From Candidatus Saccharicenans sp. (GTDB taxonomy: Bacteria > Acidobacteriota > Aminicenantia > Aminicenantales > Saccharicenantaceae): a stretch of 64,000 nucleotides of DNA. The stretch is from contig JASEFX010000001.1 in the NCBI GenBank assembly GCA_030018265.1, positions 53,532-117,531 on the forward strand, given 5' to 3'. Shown here one piece after another: positions 36,407 through 46,845 of the stretch. Positions within the stretch are counted from its first letter, which is position 1. Every line of letters starts with the position of its first letter. The notes under the pieces were generated by a model that saw nothing but the letters and a program-made list of their open reading frames with translations, ran no database searches and was not told the origin of the DNA. A program made the translations under genes and the position numbers.

Positions 36407-37573
36407 CTAAAAAGCCTCACCGGCCTTGAAATAAATTCCATAGGTTCCCGGTCCAAAGGCGAAATCCACTCTCAGATTGGCCTTTTCTCTGGGAATCAAC
36501 TTAAACCTGAACCCGAAGCCGGCCGCATACTTCAAATTGTCAAAAGAAATATCCTTCAACCGTCCCGCCAGGCTGCCCATCGCACCGAAAACAACCGCGC
36601 TCAATCTTTTCCAGACAGGAAAACGGTATTCCGCCTGAAAAGCGGCCAGGTTCTTTTCCCGGTACCTGCCGCTGTAAAAACCCCGCAGCAGGGAATCTCC
36701 TCCAAGTTGAGCCAGACGATAAAAAGGAACGTCTCCACTGTTGCTTTCAAGCAGAGCCTGAACCGTCAGTATCTTTTCGCTGGCCACTTCATAATAATTT
36801 CTGAGGTCAAGCTTAAAATTTATAAAATCAAAATCGCTGCCAAACAGATGGTCGTTCCAGGCAATGTTTGCCTGTAAATATAGCCCTGAGGCCGGGTAGA
36901 AAATGTTATCGCGTTGATCAAAGCTGAGGATGAAGGCAGGACCGGAAAGAAATCCGCCCTGGCTACCGGGGACAAGCCCCTGGTCGAGCAGCTTTCCAGG
37001 TTCTGTCTTTAAGATGCTGGTTTTTTCCAGCCTGTATCTGAGGCCAATATAAAGAGGAAAATTGTGGGCGAGTTTTCTCTGAATCCCGAGTTCTGCCAGG
37101 TATCTCTGAGGAGTATAGGACTCTTCGAGCGAATCCTCTGTGTCCGGCCCGATTCCCCAGAAGTTTGTGGGAAACCTCTCAGCCAGAAAATTTCCCGAAA
37201 GAAAAAAAGAGTTGTTCTGAAGATAGATTTCCGGTTTTATCTGAAAGATAAACTGTTTTTCCTGAGTGTAAATCGCTCCCAGAAAAAGAGTGCTCGGTCT
37301 GGCTTCTTTGAAAAGAAGTCCAAAACGGTAGGTGAAGAGACTTCCGAGTCCAAAGGCCATTCTGGTCTCTGGAGTATAGTAAACGATCGGAAGAATCGAA
37401 ATTCCCATCCGATCAGGAGCGGATTCTTCAGTTAGCACAATTTGCTGTTCGTTCTTTTTAGCAACGGTCGTCTGAGAAATAAGCGAAGCTTCAAAACAGA
37501 ATAATATAATAAGGGATCCCAGAAGAAAGCGGTTGACCGCTCTAACTGCAATGTTTTCAGCCAATAAACTCAT
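36407..37573 (-). CDS. Omp85/D15 (bacterial surface antigen) family outer-membrane beta-barrel without recognisable POTRA domains
   Basis: 388 aa. L6-loop motif LLRGFYSGRY, then AEYRFPV, then a C-terminal ...FKAGEAF ending in Phe. Only about 60 residues lie between the signal region and the start of the barrel. Confidence 0.5.
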   Translation of the reverse strand: MSLLAENIAVRAVNRFLLGSLIILFCFEASLISQTTVAKKNEQQIVLTEESAPDRMGISILPIVYYTPETRMAFGLGSLFTYRFGLLFKEARPSTLFLGAIYTQEKQFIFQIKPEIYLQNNSFFLSGNFLAERFPTNFWGIGPDTEDSLEESYTPQRYLAELGIQRKLAHNFPLYIGLRYRLEKTSILKTEPGKLLDQGLVPGSQGGFLSGPAFILSFDQRDNIFYPASGLYLQANIAWNDHLFGSDFDFINFKLDLRNYYEVASEKILTVQALLESNSGDVPFYRLAQLGGDSLLRGFYSGRYREKNLAAFQAEYRFPVWKRLSAVVFGAMGSLAGRLKDISFDNLKYAAGFGFRFKLIPREKANLRVDFAFGPGTYGIYFKAGEAF

Positions 37574-37726
37574 TTCGTTGAATATTAAGCGTTTTCTTCT
37601 GGTCTGTCAATATATTAGTCGAAATTTGTCTAAAAATTTCATAAATTGTTAGTTTCACGTTAGCCTTGACATAAAATCCAGAAAAGAATTATCGTTTTTA
37701 TAACTTAATCAGTCCAGAGGTTAAGA

Positions 37727-39331
37727 ATGAATAGAAAAAAATCTTTAGAACAAAAACAGGAAAAAAATCGGGAATTATTAAGAAGAAGGGAATTTTTCAG
37801 CCGATGCGGGCGCTGCGCTTTTCTTGCTGCCGGGCTGTTTTCTGCTCGCGGCTTTTCCAGTGCGCAGAATGTATCTCTGCTGGATTTAACCTCCCTTCCC
37901 GTCAAGAAGGAAATTAAGCTCAGGTTGTTTTTTGCTCTGCACTCTATGAAACAGGACCGCCCGGACTGGCCCAACCTCGGGTTTGATTTTCGCCCGGTTA
38001 TAGAAAAATATGTTTCGATTCTGGAAAAACGGCTGCCGGAATTTTCTTTTTTGATTTCAACGGTCAGCGGTGCTGAAGAAACCGCCACCATACTCGAGAC
38101 GGACAGAGAGAAAAACATAGATGGATACGTCGTTTTTCAGCTTAATTGCTGGAATCGGGTGGTTCAACCGGCTGTTGAGACCGGAAAGCCCGTTCTTTAC
38201 GTGGATTTCCAGTACGGCGGGAGTGGAGGATTTCTGGTCTATTCAGCCGACCTTATCCGGAAGAAGAAAGAGAATTTCGGGTTCATCTGTTCTTCCAACC
38301 CGGAACATCTGGTAGCTGCCGTCAGGGCTTTTAAAACTTTCAGGAATTCGGCTTCAACAACCAGTTTTTCGGAATTAATCAATGGAATCCGTCAGACCTT
38401 CACGCCTCACCCTGGCTATCTTAAATGCTATCCAGACCCGCTCAATCTTCTCCCGGCGGAAGAAACGGTTTACCGCATGAAAAACTCGCCGATTTTGCTT
38501 TTCCGCGACCATCGTGGCGGAGAACCGGGTGAAATTGCCGGAATCCCGGTGCTTAACCTGCCGTTTTCCGAACTGAATGCTGCCTGGGAAAGTGCCGACA
38601 GGGAACAGGCCAGAGAAATTGCCAGAAAATGGCACAGGCAGGCCTCGCTGGTGCGAGAGGTTAAATTTTCCGAACTGGTGAACTCAGCCGCCATGTATCT
38701 CGGCATGAAAAACCTGCTGGAAAAACACCAGGCGAGGGCCATAACCATAAACTGTCTTGGCGGTTTTTATGGCGGTCATATTCACGCTTATCCCTGTCTG
38801 GGTTTCTATGAGCTGAACAACCAGGGACTGGTCGGGGCCTGCGAAGCCGACCTGAGGTCGACGGCCACCATGGTGGCTTTCGGGATAATGACCGGAGGAC
38901 GACCGGGATACATCTCTGACCCGGTGATTGACCTGGCTGAACGCAGAATAATATATGCCCACTGCGTCGCCCCCTCCCGGGTTTTCGGTCCGGAAGGTCC
39001 ATCAAACCCGGTCGAAATTCTCACCCATTCCGAGGATCGGCAGGGAGCTTCCGTGCGCTCGATCCTGCCCTCGGGATACCTGACCACCAGTGTTGAAATA
39101 GACCATAATAAAAAAGCAATTCTGATGCATCAGGCGAAAGCCACCGGCAATTCTTTTGACGACCGTGCCTGCCGCACGAAACTCGTGGCCGAACCGCTGG
39201 GCGACATCGAAAAACTCTTCACCATGTGGGATGAATGGGGCTGGCACAGGGTTACTTTTTACGGCGACCTGAAACCCGCAGTTTATCAGCTGGCTTCGGC
39301 CTTAGGTTACAGCGTGGTGGAGGAAGCCTGA
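37727..39331 (+). CDS. Tat-signal protein with an L-fucose/L-arabinose-isomerase-like C-terminal domain
   Basis: Twin-arginine motif RRREFFSRCG. The C-terminal blocks GACEADL and GWHRVTFYGDL...ALGY resemble the GAEGDW and H..V.S..AL blocks of the AraA/FucI family. Confidence 0.35.
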   Translation: MNRKKSLEQKQEKNRELLRRREFFSRCGRCAFLAAGLFSARGFSSAQNVSLLDLTSLPVKKEIKLRLFFALHSMKQDRPDWPNLGFDFRPVIEKYVSILEKRLPEFSFLISTVSGAEETATILETDREKNIDGYVVFQLNCWNRVVQPAVETGKPVLYVDFQYGGSGGFLVYSADLIRKKKENFGFICSSNPEHLVAAVRAFKTFRNSASTTSFSELINGIRQTFTPHPGYLKCYPDPLNLLPAEETVYRMKNSPILLFRDHRGGEPGEIAGIPVLNLPFSELNAAWESADREQAREIARKWHRQASLVREVKFSELVNSAAMYLGMKNLLEKHQARAITINCLGGFYGGHIHAYPCLGFYELNNQGLVGACEADLRSTATMVAFGIMTGGRPGYISDPVIDLAERRIIYAHCVAPSRVFGPEGPSNPVEILTHSEDRQGASVRSILPSGYLTTSVEIDHNKKAILMHQAKATGNSFDDRACRTKLVAEPLGDIEKLFTMWDEWGWHRVTFYGDLKPAVYQLASALGYSVVEEA

Positions 39332-39348
39332 ATTGCAGGAAGGATAAA

Positions 39349-40422
39349 ATGAAATCTTACGACCCCGGTTATCTGGAAAAAATCATCGATAAATTTCCAC
39401 GAGTTAAACTGGTGAATCTTCCAACTCCGGTTCATCGCCTGGAAAATCTGGCGAAAGAGCTCGGTCTTGGAGAACTTCTCGTCAAGCGCGAGGACCTGAC
39501 CGGTCTGGCCTTTGGAGGGAATAAGTCCAGAAAACTTGAGTTCATCATTGCTGACGCTCTGAGCAAAAAAGCAGACACTATCATAACCTGGGGAAGCCTC
39601 CAATCAAACTGGTGTCTGCAAACGGCGGCTGCCGCCCGCCGGTGCGGACTGAGACCGATTCTCGTTCTTTTCAGGACTTATGAGCTTTCTCAGGTCGACC
39701 AGGGAAACATCCTTCTTGAAAAATTGCTTGATGCCGACATAAGATTTTTCGAGGCCAGAACGAAAGGTAAATCGCTGGCTCAGGAAGAAGCTTTTCGCTG
39801 CCTGGAGGAAATTGCCGACGCGGAAAAAGCCAGGGGACATCGTCCCTACATGGTTTCCGTCGGGGGGTCAGCCACCGGCGGCCACATGGAAAAACCGCTG
39901 GGAGCGCTGGCCTACTTCCTGTCGATGATAGAAGTTTACCGGCAGCTCTCAGAAAGCGGAATGCCTGACTGGATAGTTGTGGCTTCCGGTTCAGGAGCCA
40001 CCCAGGCCGGACTTCTGGTCGGTGCCAGGGCTCTTGGCCTGAAGACAGCGGTCGCTGGCATCTGCGTCTCTGACTCCAGGGAAGAATTCCTTCCACTGGT
40101 AAAAAACATTGCCCTGGAACTGCGGGATATGCTTTCGCTGGATTTAACCCTGGAGGAGAAAGATTTTATTCTTTATAATAACTATCTCGGGGAAGGGTAC
40201 GGGATAATTAATTCAAAAATAACAGAAATAATAAAAATGGTGATGCAGAAAGAAGGACTGGTTCTGGACCCGGTGTACACCAGCAAGGCGATGACCGGGC
40301 TGGTCGACCTGGCCAGAAAAAAGCATTTTTCGTCCGGCGAAAAAATCCTCTTCCTCCACACCGGAGGAACACCAGCTCTTTTCGCCTTCTCTGACCGTCT
40401 TCTGGCCGCTGATCGTTTTTAG
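39349..40422 (+). CDS. PLP-dependent D-cysteine desulfhydrase/ACC deaminase-family enzyme
   Basis: Start at ATG 39349 (MKSYDPGY) rather than the upstream ORF extension. The family signature GGNKSRKLEF is present. Confidence 0.6.
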   Translation: MKSYDPGYLEKIIDKFPRVKLVNLPTPVHRLENLAKELGLGELLVKREDLTGLAFGGNKSRKLEFIIADALSKKADTIITWGSLQSNWCLQTAAAARRCGLRPILVLFRTYELSQVDQGNILLEKLLDADIRFFEARTKGKSLAQEEAFRCLEEIADAEKARGHRPYMVSVGGSATGGHMEKPLGALAYFLSMIEVYRQLSESGMPDWIVVASGSGATQAGLLVGARALGLKTAVAGICVSDSREEFLPLVKNIALELRDMLSLDLTLEEKDFILYNNYLGEGYGIINSKITEIIKMVMQKEGLVLDPVYTSKAMTGLVDLARKKHFSSGEKILFLHTGGTPALFAFSDRLLAADRF

Positions 40423-40461
40423 AGTAACCGCCTGAGCGGTTATGTAAGATTAAAGTTCCTG

Positions 40462-41406
40462 CTACCGGGATGTTGACTTGAGATATTTAAGAAATTCAGA
40501 ATTTGTGGTCAGGATGAGCCAGGTCCTCTGGGCCAGAGTCTGGCGGTAGGTCTCCAGGGTTTTCAGGAATTGATAAAATTCCGGGTCGAGGTTGTAAGCT
40601 TCGGCGTAGATTCTGGTGGCTTCAGCCTCAGCCTTCCCCTTGATTTCCTGCGCCCGGCGATAAGCTTCTGAGGTTATTATCTTGAGTTCTCTCTCCTTCT
40701 GTCCCCTGATCTCGGCGCTGCGGCCATCTCCTTCTGAACGGTAGCGGGAAGCGATCCTTTTCCTTTCAGCGATCATCCGGTCGAAAACTTTTTTCTGCAC
40801 TTCGTCGACGTAATTGACCCTTTTTATGCGAACGTCTTTGAGTTCGACTCCGAATTCGGGAGTTATTTTCGATGCTCTCTCGAGAATCATCTCCGCAATC
40901 CTGGCCCTTCCGACCTGAATCTTGCCGATGACTTCGGAGTAATCCAGCAGGGCCGATTCTTCGCTCAGGGCGAATTCCCTGTTGGTTGAACGAACGATTT
41001 CGATCAGGTCATAGCTGGCGATCACATTTCTTGTTTCTCCGTCAACCACGTCGTCAAGACGGGAATGGGCGCCACGCTCATCCTTAACCCGCTGGTAAAA
41101 AACCAGGGGGTCGCTGATTCTCCAGCGGCAGTATGTGTCCACCCAGATGTATTTTTTATCCTTTGTGGGTATCTGGTTGGCATCTCCATCCCATTCGAGC
41201 CATCTTTTTTCGAAATAATTGGCTTTCTGAATAAAAGGAACCTTGAAGTGAAGTCCTGGGGAGGTTACCGCGCCGCCGATCGGTTCTCCGAATTGAGTGA
41301 TGATGACCTGATTGGTTTCAGAAACCACGTAGACCGCGTCCAGCAATGCCAGAAGGAAAACAACTATTATTATCGCTATAAGAATTTTCAGGGTGGAAGA
41401 TTTCAT
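40462..41406 (-). CDS. hflC: Protease modulator HflC (SPFH/band-7)
   Basis: N-terminal TM segment and SPFH domain. 4-nt ATGA overlap with the upstream hflK. Confidence 0.65.
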   Translation of the reverse strand: MKSSTLKILIAIIIVVFLLALLDAVYVVSETNQVIITQFGEPIGGAVTSPGLHFKVPFIQKANYFEKRWLEWDGDANQIPTKDKKYIWVDTYCRWRISDPLVFYQRVKDERGAHSRLDDVVDGETRNVIASYDLIEIVRSTNREFALSEESALLDYSEVIGKIQVGRARIAEMILERASKITPEFGVELKDVRIKRVNYVDEVQKKVFDRMIAERKRIASRYRSEGDGRSAEIRGQKERELKIITSEAYRRAQEIKGKAEAEATRIYAEAYNLDPEFYQFLKTLETYRQTLAQRTWLILTTNSEFLKYLKSTSR

Positions 41407-42386
41407 TTTTTCACCTCCTCTCCCAGGTTCAGCAATGGAAGAATGTTTTTCTGCGCCTCGTCGACGATGATTTTCCTTTCTATGTTCGCCAGCACTTCGT
41501 TGAGCGTTTCCAGGTACAATCTCTTTCTGGTCACGGCCGGGGCCTTGGCGTATTCCCTGTATATGGAAATAAACCTGGCTGCATCGCCCCTGGCGTTGTT
41601 GACTCTTTCGGCCGCGTAGCCCTCAGCCGCTCTTATCAACTGCTCAGCTTCGCCCTGGGCTCTGGGAATCTCCTGATTGTACTCAGCCCAGGCTTCGTTG
41701 ATTTTTCTCTCTTTTTCCTGAAGCGCCTGGTTGACTTCATTAAAGGAAGGCTTTACCGGGTCGGGCGGGTTGACATCCTGAAATATAAGCTGATTAACTT
41801 CAATTCCAAGTTCGTAAGCATCGACCAGTTTCTGCAGCAGAGCCATGGCCTCCGCCGCCAGCGAAGCTCGACCGAAAGTGATCACCTCGTCGACCGAAGC
41901 GTCTCCGACCACCTGGCGGACGACCGCTTCGGTCATCGCCCTGAAGGTCTGGACCGGGTCACGGACTTTGAACAGAAATTTATAAGGGTCCTTGATTTTG
42001 TACTGGACGATCCACTCAGCCACAACCACGTTCAGGTCGCCGGTCAGCATCAGGGATTCTTTGCGTGTTTCTTCGTTGGTGTAATACTCAGATTTCACTC
42101 CCGGCCTGATCGTGCGGTAACCGAATTCCAGCTTGAGCTGCCTCTGTACCGGCACTTTCGTGAGTTTTTCTATCCCCAGTGGAAGCTTGAAATGAAGCCC
42201 CGGGGCGGTGGTCCTGACAAATTTTCCGAAGCGCAGTATTACCCCGATTTCCTCCGGACTCACCTGGTAAACCGAACCGATCAGCAGGATGAAAACGATA
42301 ATCCCGAGCGCCAGGTATTTTATCAGGCGAGCGGAAATTCGGGGAAAGTCGTAGGATGGCCAGCTGTTACCGAATTGTCCTGGCAT
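41403..42386 (-). CDS. hflK: Protease modulator HflK (SPFH/band-7)
   Basis: Start at ATG 42386 (MPGQFGNSW) with a perfect AGGAGG RBS. TM segment, SPFH domain and a coiled-coil tail. Confidence 0.65.
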   Translation of the reverse strand: MPGQFGNSWPSYDFPRISARLIKYLALGIIVFILLIGSVYQVSPEEIGVILRFGKFVRTTAPGLHFKLPLGIEKLTKVPVQRQLKLEFGYRTIRPGVKSEYYTNEETRKESLMLTGDLNVVVAEWIVQYKIKDPYKFLFKVRDPVQTFRAMTEAVVRQVVGDASVDEVITFGRASLAAEAMALLQKLVDAYELGIEVNQLIFQDVNPPDPVKPSFNEVNQALQEKERKINEAWAEYNQEIPRAQGEAEQLIRAAEGYAAERVNNARGDAARFISIYREYAKAPAVTRKRLYLETLNEVLANIERKIIVDEAQKNILPLLNLGEEVKK

Positions 42387-42417
42387 TTTGCCTCCTGCTA
42401 AAAATTTTTTGATTATT

Positions 42418-43614
42418 TTATTTTCCAATGATTGATTTAAGAACTTTATCCATTTCCTCAAGATTTGACCGGAAGTAATTGAGCCCGGTGGGGGAAGGCT
42501 GGTGGGCAGCTTTGAGTCCCTGGCCGGTCATGATAAGGACGACGGTTCCGGAGAGACGGGATCTGAGTTTGTGGAAAGCGGCCAGAGTGGAAGCGGATTC
42601 CGGCTGCACAAAGAGTCCTTCGGCTTCGGCCAGCTCCTGCTGCGCTTCGATCATTTCCTCATCAGATACCGAGGTCAACCAGCCTTTGTATTCTCCTGTT
42701 AGATGAAGCACCAGGTTGCCAGCCGGCGGGTCGGGGTTGGCGATAGAATGGGCAATGGTTCTGGCTTCTTTTATTCTGGAAAAGGATTTTTCTCCGGCCT
42801 CGAAAGCTTTTGCCAGCGGAGAGCACCCTTCTGCCTGAACGCCAACCATAACCGGCAGTCTGTCGGTAAATCCTGCCTGTTTCATTTCATAAAATCCTTT
42901 AAACAGGCCGACAAAATGTCCGCCGGAACTCACCGGAACAAATACAAAATCCGGCGCTCTTCTGAGCTCCTGGCAGATTTCAAAAGCCGTAAGCTTATAA
43001 CCCTCAATCCGCAGCGGGTCAACTGAATTGGCAAAATAGATCTCGAGCTTTTTCCCGACCTCGAGACTTTTCCAGAAAAGCTGTCCGTAATCTCCGTCAA
43101 CTTCAATTATCAGCGGCCTGAACACCGCGGAAGACAGCAGAGCAGCGGGCGATGTTCCTTTTTTCACCAGCAGAACTGCTTTCAGACCTGCCCGGGCTGC
43201 ATAGGCGGCTGTGGATGAAGCCATATTACCCGTCGAGACAGTGCCGACTTTTCGCCAGCCAAGTTCTGTGATTTTTTGCATGACCACGGCTGAACCGCGG
43301 TCTTTGAAAGAAAGCGTCGGGTTGTTCGTTTCAAGTTTTGCCAGGAGGCTGACTCTGGAGTCAGAAAGCTTCAGCGGAAGAAGAGGAGTACGACCTTCGC
43401 CAAGACTCAGCCAGCTCTGATAATTTTTGAGCGGAAGAAACTCGATGAATTCTTCTATGGAAGCCGTCGCGCGCGCTGTTCCGGAAATTTCCTTCTGAAT
43501 TCCCGTCTCGAAAAGCATCGGCTGGCGACAGCGCGGACAGAAATAGTTATTCGGGCTGAATTCCTGTTTGGACCCGCAGAGCCAGCATCTTAAAAGATTA
43601 TGCGTAAAAACCAT
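42418..43614 (-). CDS. thrC: Threonine synthase
   Basis: PLP-lysine motif SFKDRG and fold-type II layout. An N-terminal Cys4 zinc ribbon (CWLCGS...CPRC). Confidence 0.7.
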   Translation of the reverse strand: MVFTHNLLRCWLCGSKQEFSPNNYFCPRCRQPMLFETGIQKEISGTARATASIEEFIEFLPLKNYQSWLSLGEGRTPLLPLKLSDSRVSLLAKLETNNPTLSFKDRGSAVVMQKITELGWRKVGTVSTGNMASSTAAYAARAGLKAVLLVKKGTSPAALLSSAVFRPLIIEVDGDYGQLFWKSLEVGKKLEIYFANSVDPLRIEGYKLTAFEICQELRRAPDFVFVPVSSGGHFVGLFKGFYEMKQAGFTDRLPVMVGVQAEGCSPLAKAFEAGEKSFSRIKEARTIAHSIANPDPPAGNLVLHLTGEYKGWLTSVSDEEMIEAQQELAEAEGLFVQPESASTLAAFHKLRSRLSGTVVLIMTGQGLKAAHQPSPTGLNYFRSNLEEMDKVLKSIIGK

Positions 43615-43683
43615 GATTTTTTACAGTTTACTTTATGCTTGAAGATAAGTAAAGGAAAAGCTTCCTGAAAGGAGGACAGGCAG

Positions 43684-44274
43684 ATGAAATTTTTTTTGAT
43701 TTATTTTCCGTCGGATATTTACGGTGGGCAGGAATTAGTTTTAAAATCATCTCTCAGGAAAATGAAAAGAAAAAAAACTCAGAACAAAACCGATATTGAC
43801 TGGATGAGGCTGGCCATGACTGAGGCCCGAAAGGCTGCCTCCAGAGGGGAAGTTCCAGTTGGCGCCGTTCTGGTAAAGGATGACCGTTTGCTGGCGCGCG
43901 GACATAACTGTCCGATTTCGAAAAATGACCCGACAGCCCATGCAGAAATCGTGGCTATCAGAAAAGCAGCCAGAAAAACAGGAAACTACCGGCTTCCGGA
44001 ATCGACCATTTACGTGACGGTTGAGCCCTGCCCGATGTGTCTCGGAGCGATAATTCAGGCCCGGGTTAAGAGGCTGGTGTACGGGACAGAAGACCCGAAA
44101 GCTGGCGCGGTGATTTCGCCTTTGAGGTTCGAGCTGTCTCGAGCCAATCACCGTCCGGAAATAGCATCCGGCGTCTGCCGGGAAGAATGTCGTCAGTTGC
44201 TTCAGGATTTTTTCAGAAAAAAGAGACAGGTAAAAAAGAAAAAAGATGGCCGATTGAAAACTGAGCCGGGTTAA
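43684..44274 (+). CDS. tadA: tRNA-specific adenosine deaminase TadA (CDA-fold zinc deaminase)
   Basis: HAEIVAI and PCPMCLGAI zinc motifs. The core aligns from about residue 35 (DIDWMRLAM...). AAGGAGG RBS lies 9 nt before ATG 43684. A more typical-length product would start at ATG 43762. Confidence 0.65.
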   Translation: MKFFLIYFPSDIYGGQELVLKSSLRKMKRKKTQNKTDIDWMRLAMTEARKAASRGEVPVGAVLVKDDRLLARGHNCPISKNDPTAHAEIVAIRKAARKTGNYRLPESTIYVTVEPCPMCLGAIIQARVKRLVYGTEDPKAGAVISPLRFELSRANHRPEIASGVCREECRQLLQDFFRKKRQVKKKKDGRLKTEPG

Positions 44275-44291
44275 AGTAAATTACACAGAGG

Positions 44292-44386
44292 TGGAGAGGT
44301 GGCCGAGCGGTTGAAGGCGACGGTCTCGAAAACCGTTATTCCGGAATTAAACCGGAATCGCGGGTTCGAATCCCGCCCTCTCCGCC
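44292..44386 (+). tRNA. tRNA-Ser (anticodon CGA)
   Basis: Acceptor stem GGAGAGG/CCTCTCC. Anticodon loop CTCGAAA. Long variable arm. T-arm GGGTTCGAATCCC. 3' end GCCA. Confidence 0.8.
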
Positions 44387-44422
44387 ATTTTTATTTTTTT
44401 ATCGCCGGTCGGGGGAGAAGCC

Positions 44423-45454
44423 ATGCAGAAAGTTAACATAATCCTCATCGGATTTGGCCGGGTAGGGAAAGCTTTTCATGATCTGCTGAGAGAAAAATAC
44501 GATTACTGTCGTGACCGCTATGGCCTGCAGCTGGAACTGAGGGCGATTATCAGACGAAATGGAACCCTGCGTCTTTCAGGCACCAGAGAGCTTATGGCAT
44601 CTTCTGAATCTCCGGGCGGGGAAACAGCAGAGCCGGGAACCTGGAATCCCGCGCTGACGCTGGATGAGCTACTGGAGGAGTTTCATTCTGGAGTGGTGGT
44701 CGATTGCACCCCTTCCGACCTGAAAACAGGGGAACCTGGCTTCGGCTACATTCATCGGGCTTTATCATCAGGCTGGCATGTGGCCACTGCCAGCAAGGGC
44801 GCGCTGGTGGTTCACCCGGCTGAGCTGGAAACTGCTGCCAGATTGAACAACGTTGCTCTTAAAGCCAGCGGAGCGACCGCGGCCGCGCTGCCGGCGCTGG
44901 ACGTCGGGCTCCATTCCCTGGCGGGAGCAGAAATCCTGGCGATAGAGGGCATTCTGAACGGCACCACCAATTACATCCTCAGCAGAATGCACGAAGGGGT
45001 CAGCTTTTCCCGGGCTTTGATAGAAGCCACAGAAAAGGGGATTGCGGAACCGGACCCCACCCAGGATATTGAGGGCTGGGATACTGCGGCGAAAATGGTT
45101 ATAATCGCCAACCGTGTTCTAAAAACAAGATTCAGTCTTTCTGAGGCAATCGTTAACGGAATAAACGGACTGACCGAAGAGATAGTCCAGCGAGCTCTGA
45201 ACATTGGTAAGGTCATAAAATTGATCGGGCGCTGCGCCCGCCAGGATCATCTGTCTCCCTGGAAAATAGAAGTGGGGCTGGCTCTTTTGAATCCGGACCA
45301 TCCTCTGGCCAGAGTGGATGGCAGCAACAAAGGAATTATTTTTTACACTGACTGCATGGGATACATTTTCGTCAGCGGAGGAAAATCGAATCCGAGAGGA
45401 GCGGCTGCCTCCATCCTGAAAGACATAATTTCGATCTACTGGCATGGATATTAA
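44423..45454 (+). CDS. hom: Homoserine dehydrogenase
   Basis: N-terminal NAD-binding block IILIGFGRVGKAF and homoserine dehydrogenase catalytic-domain layout. Confidence 0.6.
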   Translation: MQKVNIILIGFGRVGKAFHDLLREKYDYCRDRYGLQLELRAIIRRNGTLRLSGTRELMASSESPGGETAEPGTWNPALTLDELLEEFHSGVVVDCTPSDLKTGEPGFGYIHRALSSGWHVATASKGALVVHPAELETAARLNNVALKASGATAAALPALDVGLHSLAGAEILAIEGILNGTTNYILSRMHEGVSFSRALIEATEKGIAEPDPTQDIEGWDTAAKMVIIANRVLKTRFSLSEAIVNGINGLTEEIVQRALNIGKVIKLIGRCARQDHLSPWKIEVGLALLNPDHPLARVDGSNKGIIFYTDCMGYIFVSGGKSNPRGAAASILKDIISIYWHGY

Positions 45455-45517
45455 ACCGCCGGGTCGCGATTGATTTAAGGTTTTTTTTCTGATAATCTAA
45501 AAAAGCGTTTTTATGGC

Positions 45518-45610
<93 letters not shown>

Positions 45611-45633
45611 GCAATTTTTTAAGGAGAGATGTC

Positions 45634-46845
45634 ATGCAGACGAGGGACTACATAATAATGGAAGACCTTTATGGAGCCCATAATTACCATCCTCTCGATG
45701 TGGTCATCTCAAGAGCCAAAGGAATCTGGATGTGGGATGTTGAGGGAAAAAAATACCTGGATTTTCTCAGCGCTTATTCGGCCGTCAACCAGGGCCACTG
45801 CCATCCGCGAATCGTGAAAACCCTCCAGAAGCAGGCGAAAAAATTAACCCTCACGTCAAGAGCTTTTCGCAACGATCAGTGGCCGCTTCTGGCGAAAGAA
45901 CTGTGCGACCTTACCGGCTTCGAACAGGTTCTTCCGATGAACTCCGGCGCCGAGGCCGTGGAAACCGCTCTGAAGATTGCCAGAAAATGGGCTTACCTGA
46001 AGAAGGGTGTTCCTCAGGACCAGGCTGAAATCATTGCCTGCGCCAACAATTTCCATGGACGGACGATAACGGTCATCAGCTTTTCCACCGAACCGCTTTA
46101 CCGCCAGGACTTCGGACCTTTTACCCCTGGATTCAAGATAATCCCGTTTGGCGACGCTTCAGCTCTGGAAGCAGCGATAACTCCGAACACCGCAGCATTC
46201 CTGGTTGAACCGATTCAGGCCGAGGCGGGAATTCTCATCCCGCCAGACGGTTTTCTGAAGAAAGCCCGGGAGATATGCAAGCAGAATAACGTGCTCTTCA
46301 TCGCCGACGAAATTCAGACCGGTCTGGGCAGGGTCGGAAGACTTTTTGCCTGCGAGTATGAGGGCATAAAACCGGACATGATGGTCATCGGCAAATCTCT
46401 CGGCGGAGGATGTTATCCAATTTCCGCTGTACTATCGACCAGAAATATCATGGAAGTTATAAAACCAGGACAGCACGGGTCCACTTTTGGCGGAAACCCG
46501 CTGGCCTGCGCTGTGGCCCGTGAAGCCCTTCGGGTAATTCAGGAAGAAAACCTGGTGAAAAACGCCGAGGAGAAGGGCGCTTACTTTCTGGAGAGACTCA
46601 AAACCATAAAAAGCCGCTGGATAAAAGAAGTAAGGGGCCGCGGATTGCTGATCGGAATAGAACTCTGGCCGGAAGCCGGAGGCGCCAGACGTTTCTGCGA
46701 AGAGCTTATGAAGGAAGGCCTGCTCTGCAAGGAAACGCATGACCATGTAATCAGGTTTGCTCCGCCTCTCATAATAAGCAAAAGAGAACTGGACTGGGCG
46801 TTCAAGAGAATTAAAAGAGTTTTTAAGAGACTTGAAAAAAGTTGA
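45634..46845 (+). CDS. rocD: Ornithine aminotransferase (class-III PLP aminotransferase)
   Basis: Start at ATG 45634 after AAGGAGAG. The ORF-track start lies inside the t[12 protein letters not shown] block typical of ornithine aminotransferase. Class-III fold. Confidence 0.65.
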   Translation: MQTRDYIIMEDLYGAHNYHPLDVVISRAKGIWMWDVEGKKYLDFLSAYSAVNQGHCHPRIVKTLQKQAKKLTLTSRAFRNDQWPLLAKELCDLTGFEQVLPMNSGAEAVETALKIARKWAYLKKGVPQDQAEIIACANNFHGRTITVISFSTEPLYRQDFGPFTPGFKIIPFGDASALEAAITPNTAAFLVEPIQAEAGILIPPDGFLKKAREICKQNNVLFIADEIQTGLGRVGRLFACEYEGIKPDMMVIGKSLGGGCYPISAVLSTRNIMEVIKPGQHGSTFGGNPLACAVAREALRVIQEENLVKNAEEKGAYFLERLKTIKSRWIKEVRGRGLLIGIELWPEAGGARRFCEELMKEGLLCKETHDHVIRFAPPLIISKRELDWAFKRIKRVFKRLEKS

